A stretch of 64,000 nucleotides of DNA from Parcubacteria group bacterium Gr01-1014_8 (GCA_007376385.1 VMGC01000001.1:32001-96000); one strand, 5' to 3'. Numbered from the stretch's first letter, positions 26,319 to 36,472 are shown. A program made the numbers and translations. The notes: generated by a model from the sequence alone, not told the origin.

Positions 26319-26903
26319 ATGGCTACTATCGACCAAAAACCCTCGAAGTACATGCTCAACCTTCTGCATGTGCTCCCTGCGTACGCTAATGAAGAAAAAG
26401 GGATCGCAAACGGACTCGTCGAGATAAACACAAACTCCATCAACAAATACGAATTCATCACTGAGTCGGGCCAACTCAAACTTGATCGCGTCGGCTACTC
26501 ATCGCTTACATACCCTGTGGCATACGGGTTGATACCGCAAACATGGGATCAGGATAACGACATGCTCGATTTCATTATTGCAAACGTGACAGAGCCACTG
26601 GTACCAGGTTCGCTCGCAGAAGTACGCGTCATCGGCGTTATGAAATTCGAGGATGGCGGCGAACGCGACGACAAAATAATTACGGTACTTGCTGATGACA
26701 AGCGCATGGACCACATTGGCTCCTACGAGGATCTCGGCGGACACTGGCAAAAAGAAACGGAACACTATTTCGAACACTACAAAGATCTTAAGAAACCCGG
26801 CACATGCAAGGTACTCGGTTTTTTCGACATACCGGAGGCGCACAAGATAATCAAAGAGTGCACGGAGCGATACGAGAAAGAATATAAGCCCAAACTTTCG
26901 TAA
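26319..26903 (+). CDS. ppa: inorganic pyrophosphatase (family I)
   Basis: 'LVEINTNSINKYEF...LKLDR', 'DNDMLDFII' (the DxDPxD-like motif) and 'KIITVL'. Length 194 aa. Confidence 0.9.
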   Translation: MATIDQKPSKYMLNLLHVLPAYANEEKGIANGLVEINTNSINKYEFITESGQLKLDRVGYSSLTYPVAYGLIPQTWDQDNDMLDFIIANVTEPLVPGSLAEVRVIGVMKFEDGGERDDKIITVLADDKRMDHIGSYEDLGGHWQKETEHYFEHYKDLKKPGTCKVLGFFDIPEAHKIIKECTERYEKEYKPKLS

Positions 26904-27074
26904 ACCGGCATCTGTTTCTGGCTCCTCGGCTCGGCAATGAAAATGAGTACATTTTCATTCCACTCACTCTACGTCGCCAGTAAGTAATCCCCATGCCGCC
27001 GCGCCGTATCGCACAAACCGACGTTTACGTCGTGTTATTCTGATGGCAAATACAACGTTACTCTCATTCATCCT

Positions 27075-27977
27075 ATGAATATCAGATCAACTACCTTCAC
27101 TATTACACTCCTTGGAGTCCTCTGCGCAAGCAGCGCTTTTGCCCATGTTGCGTCCGCACAAGATGCAAACGTAGAAATTGATGCGGACGTCGGTATCTCT
27201 CCCGTCACATTGCCAAACAACCCGTTGAAAAAGCTTCGCGAAAAGGCACAGGGCATCAATAATGCGATACAGGTCCAAAAACAAGAATTCCGCGATGACC
27301 GCAAAGAGTTCATCCAGGAAAAAGCTGACGTAAAAGCCGGGATCAAAGAAGAGCGTAAGGAATTCTGGCAAGACACCGTGGAAGAACGCAAGGCAATGCA
27401 TGCCGAGACAAAGGCAGAGCTCGAAGCCGCAACAACGCCGCAAGAAAAAAAGTCGATCTTGAAAATAGCACAACAACATCGCGCAGAATTTCGCATGCAG
27501 GTGAAAACAGACTCCGCAGCCATGCGCGAGAGTTTCCGAGCTAAACGAAACGATCTGCGCCAAGAAGCGCGCGATCTTATCGCTGATAAATTTGTGATGA
27601 TAATGAATCGGCTTGTCAACGCACTTGAGCGTTTTGACCAGATCCTTGGACGTATCGATTCGCGGATCGAAAAGATGCGAGCGGACGGAATCGATGTCTC
27701 CACTGCCGTTTCTGCTAGTGTCTCCGCTAATCTCTCAGTTGATGCGGCATCCGTTGCAATCGCCGACGCACAGGCAGCTATCGAAGTCGCCGCTTCTTCT
27801 GATACGCCGCGAGACCATTTTGAAGAAGTTCGAACTGCCGTTCGTGCGGCAGTCGATGCAGTAAAGGCAGCACATGAAGCTATCAAGAATGCGCTTCGCG
27901 CGCTGAAAGGCCTCGCAGGGCAAGCAGAAACCTCGGCATCGCTTGAGAGGTCTGCATCAACTGACACATCCAATTAA
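27075..27977 (+). CDS. secreted alpha-helical charged-repeat protein
   Basis: Signal peptide 'TITLLGVLCASSAFAHVASAQ', then E/K/R-rich helical repeats ('KEERKEFWQDTVEERKAMHAETKAELEA'). The fully overlapping minus-strand ORF 27068-27973 is S/R/C-rich with unnatural composition, so I reject it. Confidence 0.55.
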   Translation: MNIRSTTFTITLLGVLCASSAFAHVASAQDANVEIDADVGISPVTLPNNPLKKLREKAQGINNAIQVQKQEFRDDRKEFIQEKADVKAGIKEERKEFWQDTVEERKAMHAETKAELEAATTPQEKKSILKIAQQHRAEFRMQVKTDSAAMRESFRAKRNDLRQEARDLIADKFVMIMNRLVNALERFDQILGRIDSRIEKMRADGIDVSTAVSASVSANLSVDAASVAIADAQAAIEVAASSDTPRDHFEEVRTAVRAAVDAVKAAHEAIKNALRALKGLAGQAETSASLERSASTDTSN

Positions 27978-27998
27978 TAACTATTAACCAGGGATACT

Positions 27999-28340
27999 AT
28001 GGAACAAAGTAGCGCTGTCTCTCCGAATATACCTCAGACGCCCCCAGGGCAGGCGCCTCTTCCGCAACGAGAAAAAAGTTCTATCGGACCTCTGATAGGA
28101 ACGCTCATCATCGTCCTCATTATTGCTGCGGGAGGTCTCTATTTTTGGGGCGCAAAGCTAAATAGCATGAATTCAAATAACCTGCCACCTTTGATCCTCG
28201 GTGATGATTCCGCTGGACTTCCACCGACGTCGTCATCTGATTCCGTGGCAGCCATCGAAATGGATGTCTCAGCAACCGATATGGATACTCTTGAAAGAGA
28301 GGTCGGAGCTGACATGCAGGCAATCGACTCATCGATGTGA
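27999..28340 (+). CDS. small single-pass membrane protein
   Basis: 113 aa with a Pro-rich N-terminus, TM helix 'IGPLIGTLIIVLIIAAGGLYFW' and an acidic C-terminus. Confidence 0.45.
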   Translation: MEQSSAVSPNIPQTPPGQAPLPQREKSSIGPLIGTLIIVLIIAAGGLYFWGAKLNSMNSNNLPPLILGDDSAGLPPTSSSDSVAAIEMDVSATDMDTLEREVGADMQAIDSSM

Positions 28341-28407
28341 TCCCCTTCGCACTGGATCTGCGCGTTACCTATGTGCGAGAGTGTCTCTTTTCTGCTATTC
28401 TCTCGCA

Positions 28408-29475
28408 ATGCACGGAGCAAAAAACGTACAGATCTCAAGAGATGAGTCAAACTGGGAACTTGAGATCAAAGCTGAATTTCCCCCCGAAATTCTGCAACAT
28501 TACCGCAAGGAAGCTGTCAGGGATATCGGAAAAAATGCAAAGATAAGCGGCTTCCGTCCCGGCCATATTCCGGAAGCGGTTCTTGTTCGCGAATTTGGTG
28601 AAACCGCGATACTCGAGCACGCCGCAGAACATGCCATTCAGCATGAGCTCCCAGAAATTCTCGCAGCTGAAAAAGCGAATATAGTCGAAGCGCCGCGAGT
28701 TTCTATCGAGAAGCCTGTTTCTGATAAACCGCTCCGATTCACTGCACGAGCTCCCCTTGCGCCAGAAATACATCTTCCTGATTACAAAAAAATAGCCGGG
28801 GTACGGAACGCGAAACAAGAAACAGTAAGTGTCTCCGACGGCGAGCATATCGAGACACAGACACATTTGCGCAGAGAAAGAGCACGCATCGAGAAGGTCG
28901 AGGGGGGCATGGAGCCGGCCCAAGCGGCAGAAGAGGCTCAAAAAGCGAAGATAGAGGACCTTCCTCCCTTGGACGATGAATTCGTAAAAAGCCTAGGTTA
29001 CGCAAGCGCTGAAGATTTCACCCAAAAACTTCGAGAACATATTAAAAACGAGAAGGAGCTGCAGGCAAAGAGCAAGCACCGCGCCGAGCTCATCGACGAC
29101 ATTGTACGCGAATCACGTGTTTCGTACCCCTCAATACTCCGAGAGTACGAACTCGACGATATGGAAGTGCGCATGCGAGGCGACCTCGAGCGCATGGGTA
29201 AAACGTTTGAAGAATATATGTCAGAAACAAAGAAAACCCGTGATGCTATCCGCTTGGAGTGGAAAGAAGCCGCTGACAAACGAGCCAAAATACGTCTTAT
29301 TCTGAGCGAAATTGCCCGTACTGAAAGACTAGAGCCTGACGAACTTGCACTTTCCCACGAGATCCTCCATGCAAAAAAACACCGTGCCCACGCTGACCCA
29401 AATGTGCTGCGCGCGCACATCGCACACGCGATGCGCAATGAAAAAGTACTTGAACTGCTGGAAAAGCTTTCTTAG
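28408..29475 (+). CDS. tig: trigger factor, short form lacking the central PPIase domain
   Basis: Start at 'MHGAKNVQISRDESNWELEIKAEF'. 'ISGFRPGHIPEAVL' matches the TF ribosome-binding N-domain signature (GFRxGxxP). The C-terminal helical arm domain follows directly with no FKBP-like segment in between. The ORF-track version extends 69 codons upstream over the previous gene. Confidence 0.75.
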   Translation: MHGAKNVQISRDESNWELEIKAEFPPEILQHYRKEAVRDIGKNAKISGFRPGHIPEAVLVREFGETAILEHAAEHAIQHELPEILAAEKANIVEAPRVSIEKPVSDKPLRFTARAPLAPEIHLPDYKKIAGVRNAKQETVSVSDGEHIETQTHLRRERARIEKVEGGMEPAQAAEEAQKAKIEDLPPLDDEFVKSLGYASAEDFTQKLREHIKNEKELQAKSKHRAELIDDIVRESRVSYPSILREYELDDMEVRMRGDLERMGKTFEEYMSETKKTRDAIRLEWKEAADKRAKIRLILSEIARTERLEPDELALSHEILHAKKHRAHADPNVLRAHIAHAMRNEKVLELLEKLS

Positions 29476-29522
29476 CCGTGTTGCAATGAGAGTGCAGAAC
29501 TCTCCCATTAGGTAAGAAAATC

Positions 29523-30053
29523 ATGGAACATACGTCAAAGGCAGCAGAGGCAGAGAAAGCGTTTTTGGCCGCATATGAAAGCCATGCGGACAGCCTATTT
29601 CGCTTCCTTGCCACAAAGGTATCTGATCGCGAGATCGCGCGGGACCTTATGCAAGAAACATTCACGCGTGCGTGGGACTACTGTGTGGAAGGCGGACGGA
29701 TCGAACAATGGAAGCCGTTCCTCTTTCGAACCGCCTACAATCTCGTCGTGGATACGTACCGCAAGAAGCGCACAGTATCATTGGATGCCATGATAGAGGA
29801 CCAAGGATTCGCTATCCCGCACGACGGTGATGTGAAAAGCATCAATCGTGCAGAAATGTCCCGCATCAGAAACGCGATAGACGACCTGGACGATATCTAT
29901 CGAGATGTGCTTATACTTCGCTTTACCGAAGATCTGCCGCCTAAAGAGATAGCGCAAGTACTTCGGCTCTCTGAAAATGTCGTTTCCGTTCGAATACACC
30001 GAGGCTTGGCAAAACTTCGAGAGAATGTGACCGGAGGCGAAAAAAAGATATGA
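29523..30053 (+). CDS. ECF-family RNA polymerase sigma factor
   Basis: Region 2 'DLMQETFTRAWDY' and region 4 'EIAQVLRLSENVVSVRIHRGLAKLR'. Length 176 aa. Confidence 0.85.
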   Translation: MEHTSKAAEAEKAFLAAYESHADSLFRFLATKVSDREIARDLMQETFTRAWDYCVEGGRIEQWKPFLFRTAYNLVVDTYRKKRTVSLDAMIEDQGFAIPHDGDVKSINRAEMSRIRNAIDDLDDIYRDVLILRFTEDLPPKEIAQVLRLSENVVSVRIHRGLAKLRENVTGGEKKI

Positions 30054-31300
30054 ATTTTATGGAACACAATATAGAAGAACAAAAACTCGGACGCTTGATC
30101 AAGGCGGCGACTAATATCGAGCTCTCTCCAGAAGCTCGCGCAGAAACGCACGCAGTTCTGAGCGAGTACCTGAAATTCAAACCGATACGAAAAAGCGCTG
30201 CGAGAACACCATTTTCCAAGGTCACAACGATCTTCACGACTGAGCTGCGAATTCATCCAATGCCGTTCATTGCTGCGATCATGGTCATTGTCGTAGGCGG
30301 AAGCACCGCGGGTGCGGCTGAACTATCATTGCCGGGAGATGTCCTCTACCCTATCAAAGTCAACGTAAATGAAGAGGTGCGCGCCGCACTCACGGTCTCG
30401 ACAAGATCCCAAGCCGAATGGGCCATCGAGAGGGCGGAACGCCGCATGGCGGAGGCCGCAACACTCGCGCTCTCCGGCGAACTTGATGAAGAAACGCGGG
30501 CTGATATCGATTCTCGCATCGAGAAACACATACGGGTTGCCGAGGCAGAGAGCGCAGAGCTTGAAGCGGAAAATGATCTTGCTGCTGCGGCAGAAGTCGA
30601 AGCAAGCCTCGGGGCCACACTTCGGGCCCACGAATATGCGCTCACTGATATTCGCGGAGAAATTCATGATGAGAAAAGTCTCGAACAATTTGACGGCGTT
30701 ATCGCAAACGTCAGTGCTCGAGCGCTTCTGATCAGCGGAATAGAAGATACATTAAACTCAAAGATCGCAGAAAAAGCGGAGGACGATGATGAGATCGAGG
30801 GGCATCGCATTGCGGCTCGTACGCGTATTGACGCATCAGTGCGGCAGCTCTCTCGCTCCTCCCGCGTCAGCATCGATACAAAAAGCCGCGCAAAGGCAGA
30901 GATAAGTGCAGCAAATGATACGTACGACGAAGGAGAATCCGCGATTAAAAGCGGCAAGAAACGTGAAGCATTTACGAGATTCAACTCGGCGCTTCGTTCT
31001 GCGATCGAAACACAGGCCTATTTGAACGCGCGAGAAAAATTCGGGGATTTTGCGGTGAAAATTGAAAGTAAGACACAAAAAAATGAGGAGTATTCTGATG
31101 ACAAGGACTCGGATGCCTCAGGTACCCTAATGACGACCATGGAAATCGGAGTGGCATTTAGCACAACAACTGCGACCTCGACAATAACTAATGACAGCGT
31201 ATCTCATCAAACAAATGGGGACAAGGACAACGGCGATGATGATGGCGATAATTCGGACTCCGGCAATGGAGGAATAAAAATCAAAATCAAGGGAGATTGA
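30050..31300 (+). CDS. putative anti-sigma factor: single TM, long helical extracytoplasmic domain, acidic Asp/Gly-rich tail
   Basis: Its ATG overlaps the sigma-factor stop as ATGA at 30050-30053. Short cytoplasmic N-terminus, TM helix '[19 protein letters not shown]', a helical E/A-rich domain and a tail '...[18 protein letters not shown]'. Confidence 0.55.
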   Translation: MNFMEHNIEEQKLGRLIKAATNIELSPEARAETHAVLSEYLKFKPIRKSAARTPFSKVTTIFTTELRIHPMPFIAAIMVIVVGGSTAGAAELSLPGDVLYPIKVNVNEEVRAALTVSTRSQAEWAIERAERRMAEAATLALSGELDEETRADIDSRIEKHIRVAEAESAELEAENDLAAAAEVEASLGATLRAHEYALTDIRGEIHDEKSLEQFDGVIANVSARALLISGIEDTLNSKIAEKAEDDDEIEGHRIAARTRIDASVRQLSRSSRVSIDTKSRAKAEISAANDTYDEGESAIKSGKKREAFTRFNSALRSAIETQAYLNAREKFGDFAVKIESKTQKNEEYSDDKDSDASGTLMTTMEIGVAFSTTTATSTITNDSVSHQTNGDKDNGDDDGDNSDSGNGGIKIKIKGD

Positions 31301-31362
31301 CCCAACTCGGAGCTCCCCAAATATTTTGCACAGAAAAAATTCTGGTGGTAAACTCATTGGAT

Positions 31363-31956
31363 ATGAACACTCAGAAATCGCAGATGCTGGTACCGATGGT
31401 CGTCGAGAAAACGTCGTTTGGCGAACGCGCGTACGACATTTACTCGAGGCTTCTAAAAGAGAGGATAGTCTTCCTTGGCGGGCCTATCGATAGCGATGTC
31501 GCCAATCTTGTCGTCGCACAACTTCTATTTCTTGCTTCCGAAGACGCAAAAAAAGATATTTCATTTTACATCAACTCCCCTGGCGGGCATGTCTCTGCAG
31601 GACTTGCGATCCTCGACACAATGAACCATATACAACCGAATGTTTCGACCGTGTGCGTCGGCATCGCAGCATCGATGGCTGCTGTCCTTCTCTCGTCCGG
31701 AGAAAAAGGGAAGCGATTCGCACTTCCGAATGCAGAAGTGATGATTCACCAACCATCAGGGGGCGCAGAAGGCCAAGCATCTGATATCGAAATAACTGCA
31801 AAGCACATTATCGCAACCCGTGACCGGCTGAATAAGATCCTCGCAAAAAATACCGGGCAAATTCTGAAGAAGATAGAGACCGACGTGGATAGGGATTTTT
31901 TCATGAGCGCCGAAGAATCAGTAAAATATGGTATTATCGACAAAGTACTCCACTAG
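31363..31956 (+). CDS. clpP: ATP-dependent Clp protease proteolytic subunit
   Basis: '[30 protein letters not shown]', 'INSPGG', catalytic Ser in '[11 protein letters not shown]' and His in 'MIHQP'. Confidence 0.95.
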   Translation: MNTQKSQMLVPMVVEKTSFGERAYDIYSRLLKERIVFLGGPIDSDVANLVVAQLLFLASEDAKKDISFYINSPGGHVSAGLAILDTMNHIQPNVSTVCVGIAASMAAVLLSSGEKGKRFALPNAEVMIHQPSGGAEGQASDIEITAKHIIATRDRLNKILAKNTGQILKKIETDVDRDFFMSAEESVKYGIIDKVLH

Positions 31957-31961
31957 CTCCG

Positions 31962-32136
31962 AAACAGGATATTATCGATGTTTTAAGGTGGATATTGGGT
32001 TTTTTTGACATTTCTCATACCCTATTCCCTAGTTTCTATTACAGTGCTATACTCGCTTGTACACCATTAATATTTCGTATGAATTTCAACCTTGCTAGCT
32101 GCCTTGCACCCGAAACGAGCGTATCGATGTTTTTGC
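31962..32136 (+). repeat. imperfect direct repeat (two copies ~150 nt apart) in the rny upstream region
   Basis: ccgaaacaggatattatcgatgtttt at 31962-31987 and ccgaaacgagcgtatcgatgtttt at 32112-32135 share the 7-mer ccgaaac and the 12-mer tatcgatgtttt. An extended -10 element, TGcTATACT, lies between them near 32052-32060. Confidence 0.4.
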
Positions 32137-32194
32137 TTCTATAACTGCTGATGATGCTTCAGTAACTAATGCGTTTTGAGTAGGTGCAGACAGC

Positions 32195-33745
32195 GTGTGG
32201 GGAATCCTTACACGTATGTCACTAAAATTAATTCTCGCGCTCCTAGCGCTCTCAGGGATCTTGGGAGTGGGATTCGGGTATTTCCTTCGCTGGATAATCA
32301 GTCTCGGAAAACGCGGTTCGATGGAGTTGGAGATAAAGCAGATGATGCTGAACGCGCAAGAGCGCTCACAGAAAATCACAGAAGAAGCAGAAAATCGTGC
32401 AAAAGAAAAAGAGGAGCAGCAAACGAGCGACTATAAAGAACGCGAGCGTGACCTGAAACAGACCGAAGAGAGGCTTATCCGAAAGGAGGAGCTTTTGGAT
32501 AAGAGACAGACAAACCTCGAAGTCGAGCAAGAATCGCTAAATTCGAAAACAGAAGAGGTACAGAAAGTAAAAGCTCTTGCGGAAGAGGCAGTGCGTGCGC
32601 AGCAAGAAAAACTCGAGTCGGTTGCAAAACTTTCCGTAGACGAGGCAAAGGTAGAACTCATAAAGGCGATCGAGAAACGATATGAAAGTGACATCGAGGG
32701 TCGCATGCACAAGCTTGAGATCGCAGGAAATGAAAAGTTGGAGCAGCGAGCAAAGGAAATTCTTACGACAGCCGTTCACCGACTCGGTAATTCTGTCGTT
32801 TCTGATGTTCTAGCGACAACGGTTAGTCTTCCCAATGACGACATTAAAGGAAAAATAATCGGAAAAGAGGGACGAAACATCCGTTCTTTCGAACGCGCGA
32901 CCGGTGTCGACGTTATCATCGACGACACGCCGGGGACCATTACACTTTCGTGTTACGACCCCATCCGAAGACAGATCGCGCGCATCGCGCTCGAGAACTT
33001 AATCCTCGATGGACGCATCCAACCTGCAAAGATCGAGGAAGCAGTGCAGAAAGCCGAATCCGAGATCAATGCGATCATCAAGAAAAAAGGAACCGAAGCC
33101 GCGTACGAAGCTCGTGTGCCGAACGTTGACCCGAAACTCCTAATGATCCTCGGGCGTCTATATTTCCGCACCAGCTATGGACAGAACGTGCTCGACCACT
33201 CGGTTGAAGTGGCTCACCTCGCAGGCATGCTCGCCGAGCAGCTCGGTGCAGACCCAGGCATTGCTCGCGCCGGCGCACTCTTTCACGATGTCGGTAAAGC
33301 GCTCGACCATGAGGTACCTGGCACGCACGTTGAGATCGGCAGACGTATCTTGCAGAAATTCGGCATGGATGAGCGGGTAGTAAAAGCAATGCAGGCCCAC
33401 CATGAAGAATACCCATACGAGACACCCGAATCGATGATAGTGCAGGTTGCCGACGCAATTTCTGGAGGCAGACCCGGCGCTCGCCGTGATTCAGTCGAGA
33501 ATTACATCAAGAGACTTGAAGAACTTGAGGCACTCGCCAAGCAACATCCGGGAGTTGAGAAGAGCTTTGCGATCTCGGCTGGCCGTGAAATCCGTGTCAT
33601 CGTTAAGCCGGAAGATATTTCCGACCTTGACGCCCGTAAACTAGCTCGCGATATCGCCGACCAAATAGAGAAAGAATTGCAATATCCCGGTGAAATAAAA
33701 GTCTCCGTAATTCGGGAGACCCGCGTTATCGAGTACGCGAGATAA
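32195..33745 (+). CDS. rny: ribonuclease Y
   Basis: N-terminal TM, coiled-coil, KH domain ('GKIIGKEGRNIRSFERATGVDVIID') and HD domain ('HSVEVAHLAGMLAEQLG...ALFHDVGK'). The start may be M8. Confidence 0.9.
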   Translation: MWGILTRMSLKLILALLALSGILGVGFGYFLRWIISLGKRGSMELEIKQMMLNAQERSQKITEEAENRAKEKEEQQTSDYKERERDLKQTEERLIRKEELLDKRQTNLEVEQESLNSKTEEVQKVKALAEEAVRAQQEKLESVAKLSVDEAKVELIKAIEKRYESDIEGRMHKLEIAGNEKLEQRAKEILTTAVHRLGNSVVSDVLATTVSLPNDDIKGKIIGKEGRNIRSFERATGVDVIIDDTPGTITLSCYDPIRRQIARIALENLILDGRIQPAKIEEAVQKAESEINAIIKKKGTEAAYEARVPNVDPKLLMILGRLYFRTSYGQNVLDHSVEVAHLAGMLAEQLGADPGIARAGALFHDVGKALDHEVPGTHVEIGRRILQKFGMDERVVKAMQAHHEEYPYETPESMIVQVADAISGGRPGARRDSVENYIKRLEELEALAKQHPGVEKSFAISAGREIRVIVKPEDISDLDARKLARDIADQIEKELQYPGEIKVSVIRETRVIEYAR

Positions 33746-33785
33746 TTCTCTTTACGAGCTCTCTTGCTCACCCTACAATCGTCCC

Positions 33786-33992
33786 ATGATAACGGACGAG
33801 TTCGGCAGTGGACCGCCTACTGACGTCGGTGCAAAAATAGAGAAGATCGAGGGCAACGTCGTTCATACTAGTGTCGGCACATTCACCAGATTTACCGACG
33901 ACGACATTAAAAAGATGGCGGATAGCGTCCGCGTACCCTATACGATGGTCCATCTCACCCCAATGTTCGACCTTGTGCACTTCAAGCCTTAG
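33786..33992 (+). CDS. small hypothetical protein (68 aa), uncertain
   Basis: The ORF sits in the convergent intergenic region between rny and the prephenate dehydratase gene. A 70 aa minus-strand ORF overlaps it. I have no homology evidence for either. Confidence 0.2.
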   Translation: MITDEFGSGPPTDVGAKIEKIEGNVVHTSVGTFTRFTDDDIKKMADSVRVPYTMVHLTPMFDLVHFKP

Positions 33993-33995
33993 AGT

Positions 33996-34559
33996 CTAAA
34001 CCTTTTCAGCCGCAATGAAACTCGTGTAGTTGAACTTGGAGTCCTGAATCGATTCCTCAAGTATTTTCAGCTTATACATATGTGCCGCAGCGTGTGATGC
34101 GATGACGGCAGTAGATCCTGATAACTTCCCTTCTGAGAGGTCCTCGGCGGCTTTCGCCGTGTCTTCATATTCCCGAACCTTTACTTTTGGCCATCGCCGC
34201 TTCAAATACATTTTGCATTGCTTTAACGCCTGCTCATGAGACGTAATAACCTTGATGGCATGTGCTGCCACCCCCTTCTTGACCAATAGATTATGATGTA
34301 TGTCTATCTCGAAGAGCTTTTTTATTGAAAACTTGTGCCGCGTCATCGCATAAATCGTCTCGAGAACTACGCCGCCGTTCGAATTCTCAATCGGGAATAT
34401 AGCGAGGTCTATAGCACCTTTTTCCAGGCTAGACAGGACGTTTTCAGCAGAAATCAGATAGGCAATACTGTATTTTTTCAGATTTCCGAACTTTCTTGCA
34501 TACACCCTCGCCGCCTCTTCAGAGAAACTCCCCTTGGCTCCCATCACGCCGATTTTCAT
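33996..34559 (-). CDS. pheA: prephenate dehydratase catalytic domain protein (no ACT regulatory domain)
   Basis: 'MKIGVMGAKGSFSEEAARVY' is PDT-type N-terminus. At 187 aa the protein covers only the PDT domain. Confidence 0.7.
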   Translation of the reverse strand: MKIGVMGAKGSFSEEAARVYARKFGNLKKYSIAYLISAENVLSSLEKGAIDLAIFPIENSNGGVVLETIYAMTRHKFSIKKLFEIDIHHNLLVKKGVAAHAIKVITSHEQALKQCKMYLKRRWPKVKVREYEDTAKAAEDLSEGKLSGSTAVIASHAAAHMYKLKILEESIQDSKFNYTSFIAAEKV

Positions 34560-34739
34560 TTAGCTGATACTATCTCGTGCTCATTCTTTCCGCAACCAAA
34601 AAAGACCGAGAATACGCCACATTATTGAGAAACGCGCAAATATGTGGAAATGTTGGGTTAGGCATTGACACCCCGAAATTCGGGCTCAAAATGGTCCAAG
34701 TCGGTCGATATTAACCGCAAAACAAGTCGTTAATTACAT

Positions 34740-35015
34740 ATGGCAAATAAAATGGATCTGGTCGACCGAGTACATTCGACCATTGGCGGCACTAAGGCCG
34801 ACGCAGAACGTGCAGTTGAAGCAATAATCGCTGCAGTCACCGAGTGGCTCAAAAAAGGCGAAGAGGTTTCTGTTGCGGGCCTCGGCATATTTGAAGCCAA
34901 GACGCGAGCAGGCCGAACAGGTCGTAACCCGCGCACAGGCGCAACAATTCAGATAAAAGCGATGCGAGTCCCGAAATTCCGCGCATCCAAGACCTTGAAG
35001 GACGCAATTAAATAG
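34740..35015 (+). CDS. hup: HU-family nucleoid-associated DNA-binding protein
   Basis: 'MNKMDLVD...AGLGIFEAKTRAGRTGRNPRTGATIQI' is the classic HU/IHF fold signature. Length 91 aa. Confidence 0.95.
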   Translation: MANKMDLVDRVHSTIGGTKADAERAVEAIIAAVTEWLKKGEEVSVAGLGIFEAKTRAGRTGRNPRTGATIQIKAMRVPKFRASKTLKDAIK

Positions 35016-35033
35016 TTTTTCAGAAGTTAAGAG

Positions 35034-35060
35034 CAAAAACCCGCGCAGCGGGTTTTTGTG
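35034..35060 (+). terminator. rho-independent terminator after hup
   Basis: AAACCCGCGCAGCGGGTTT hairpin followed by TTGTGTG. Confidence 0.7.
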
Positions 35061-35189
35061 TGGGTCAAAGATTTCGTGTAAAGTGTCTCGATACACTCAC
35101 GTGTGCGAGCACGCGACTGGACAATGACCGCCGAAGCGCGCTCTTTTGTGGGCTTGAAGCCCTCTGTTGTTCAGGCTATGGTGGGCAGC

Positions 35190-35260
35190 GCGGGATTCGT
35201 TTAATGGTAGGACATCAGTTTTCCAAACTGAGGACGGGAGTTCGATTCTCCCATCCCGCA
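35190..35260 (+). tRNA. tRNA-Gly (anticodon TCC), no encoded CCA
   Basis: Manual cloverleaf fold. Acceptor GCGGGAT/ATCCCGC. Anticodon stem TCAGT/ACTGA with loop TTTCCAA. T-arm GGGAG-TTCGATT-CTCCC. Discriminator A. Length 71 nt. Confidence 0.85.
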
Positions 35261-35266
35261 CAAAGT

Positions 35267-36442
35267 ATGAGTCCTCGAATATATGAGATTCTCTCCAACA
35301 TAGGAGCGCTAGGATTCCTTGTCATTGTAGTCCTTTTTCTTGTGGACCCGAGAGGTCTCACGACTCGCATTTCTGCGGTCAATACAGGATCTCAAGGAGA
35401 ACGTAACGTACTGGCTCCAGAAATTCAGCGGATCGGAACAAGCACAACAGAGGAGGGCAAAAAAGTGCCTCAAAGTGAGGACATTATCAGTATCGCTGAT
35501 ATAGTCCCTTCAATAAAATCTGCTGAAGAACAAAAGCAAGGCAACGATGAAGTCACTCGAATCATCGATCCGTATCCTCTCCCTCAGCACGATGCATCGT
35601 TCCTCAATCAGGAAGCAAGGTCAGCTCTTATCAACATTCTGTGCGAGAGCGGCAACTCTTCTCTTAAATCTATAAGCGGCAGCGGTGTCATCGTTGATCC
35701 GCGCGGTATAATCATCACAAATGCGCACGTTGCACAATACGTGCTCCTCTCGAACCACTCCAACGCGGACGTAACATGCAAAATTCGCGTTGGTTCCCCC
35801 GCCAGAGCTATGTGGTATCCAGAAATTGTCTTTTTTCCAAGCAAATGGATATCGAAACATGCCTCAAGCATCGTCGAATCAAGCCCCGTAGGGACCGGAG
35901 AACACGACTACGCGATTCTCCGCATAGCGAGAACGATAGATGGCACCCCTCTCCCAAATACATTCCACTATCTCCCAATAGACACACGCGAAGGCATAGG
36001 CTTTGCAGGCGACCCCATACTGATAGCAGCATACCCAGCTGAATTTGGCGGCAGCGCGGCGGCACGTGATTCATTGTATGCATCTACAGTCTTTACGAAT
36101 ATTAAGCAAATGCTGACCTTCAGTGAAAAGCTTGTGGACACAATATCTCTGGGTGGCACAGTTCTTGCGCAAAGCGGCTCCTCCGGCGGAGCAGTCATCA
36201 ATTATTGGGGCCACCTCATCGGCATCGTCTCAACAACAAGCGAAGGAGAGACGACCCAAACTCGCGACTTACGGGCCATTACGACTGCCCACATAGATAG
36301 GAGTGTTCGCGACCATACCGGGATGAGTCTGACTTCCCTGCTCTCGCAGGATCCCCAAGCCTTCGCACAAGAATTCTCCTCAGAGGCAAAAGTACTCGCA
36401 GGAATTCTGGTCGAAGAGGTAACGAAAAAACAAGCACCGTAG
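35267..36442 (+). CDS. membrane-anchored trypsin-like serine protease (S1 family, no PDZ domain)
   Basis: Start at MSPRIYE, immediately after the tRNA. N-terminal TM helix, 'GSGVIVDPRGIIITNAHV' (His box) and 'AQSGSSGGAVIN' (catalytic Ser in a GDSGG-like motif). The ORF-track version runs upstream across the tRNA. Confidence 0.7.
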   Translation: MSPRIYEILSNIGALGFLVIVVLFLVDPRGLTTRISAVNTGSQGERNVLAPEIQRIGTSTTEEGKKVPQSEDIISIADIVPSIKSAEEQKQGNDEVTRIIDPYPLPQHDASFLNQEARSALINILCESGNSSLKSISGSGVIVDPRGIIITNAHVAQYVLLSNHSNADVTCKIRVGSPARAMWYPEIVFFPSKWISKHASSIVESSPVGTGEHDYAILRIARTIDGTPLPNTFHYLPIDTREGIGFAGDPILIAAYPAEFGGSAAARDSLYASTVFTNIKQMLTFSEKLVDTISLGGTVLAQSGSSGGAVINYWGHLIGIVSTTSEGETTQTRDLRAITTAHIDRSVRDHTGMSLTSLLSQDPQAFAQEFSSEAKVLAGILVEEVTKKQAP

Positions 36443-36472
36443 AGCCCACCGGACCTAAAGAGATTTTCTCTG

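Noticed and set aside
26930-26960. Hairpin GAAAATG-agta-CATTTTC after ppa, as a possible terminator
   Set aside because: The 7-bp stem is AT-rich and weak, and there is no clear U-tract. I did not list it as a feature.
27068-27973. 301-aa minus-strand ORF that fully overlaps the 27075-27977 plus-strand gene
   Set aside because: Its composition is dominated by Ser/Ala/Arg/Cys with no motifs. The plus-strand frame has a clean signal peptide and charged helical repeats.
28201-28407. N-terminal extension of the trigger factor ORF (track version starts at 28201)
   Set aside because: The extension overlaps the preceding gene and has a junk-like sequence. The TF N-domain homology begins at the Met at 28408.
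30346-30645. Several Ser/Ala-rich minus-strand ORFs inside the anti-sigma gene
   Set aside because: Antisense low-complexity artefacts of the Glu/Ala-rich coding strand.
35060-35266. Upstream extension of the S1 protease ORF that runs across tRNA-Gly(TCC)
   Set aside because: A CDS is unlikely to span a tRNA gene. A good start (MSPRIYE) follows the tRNA immediately.
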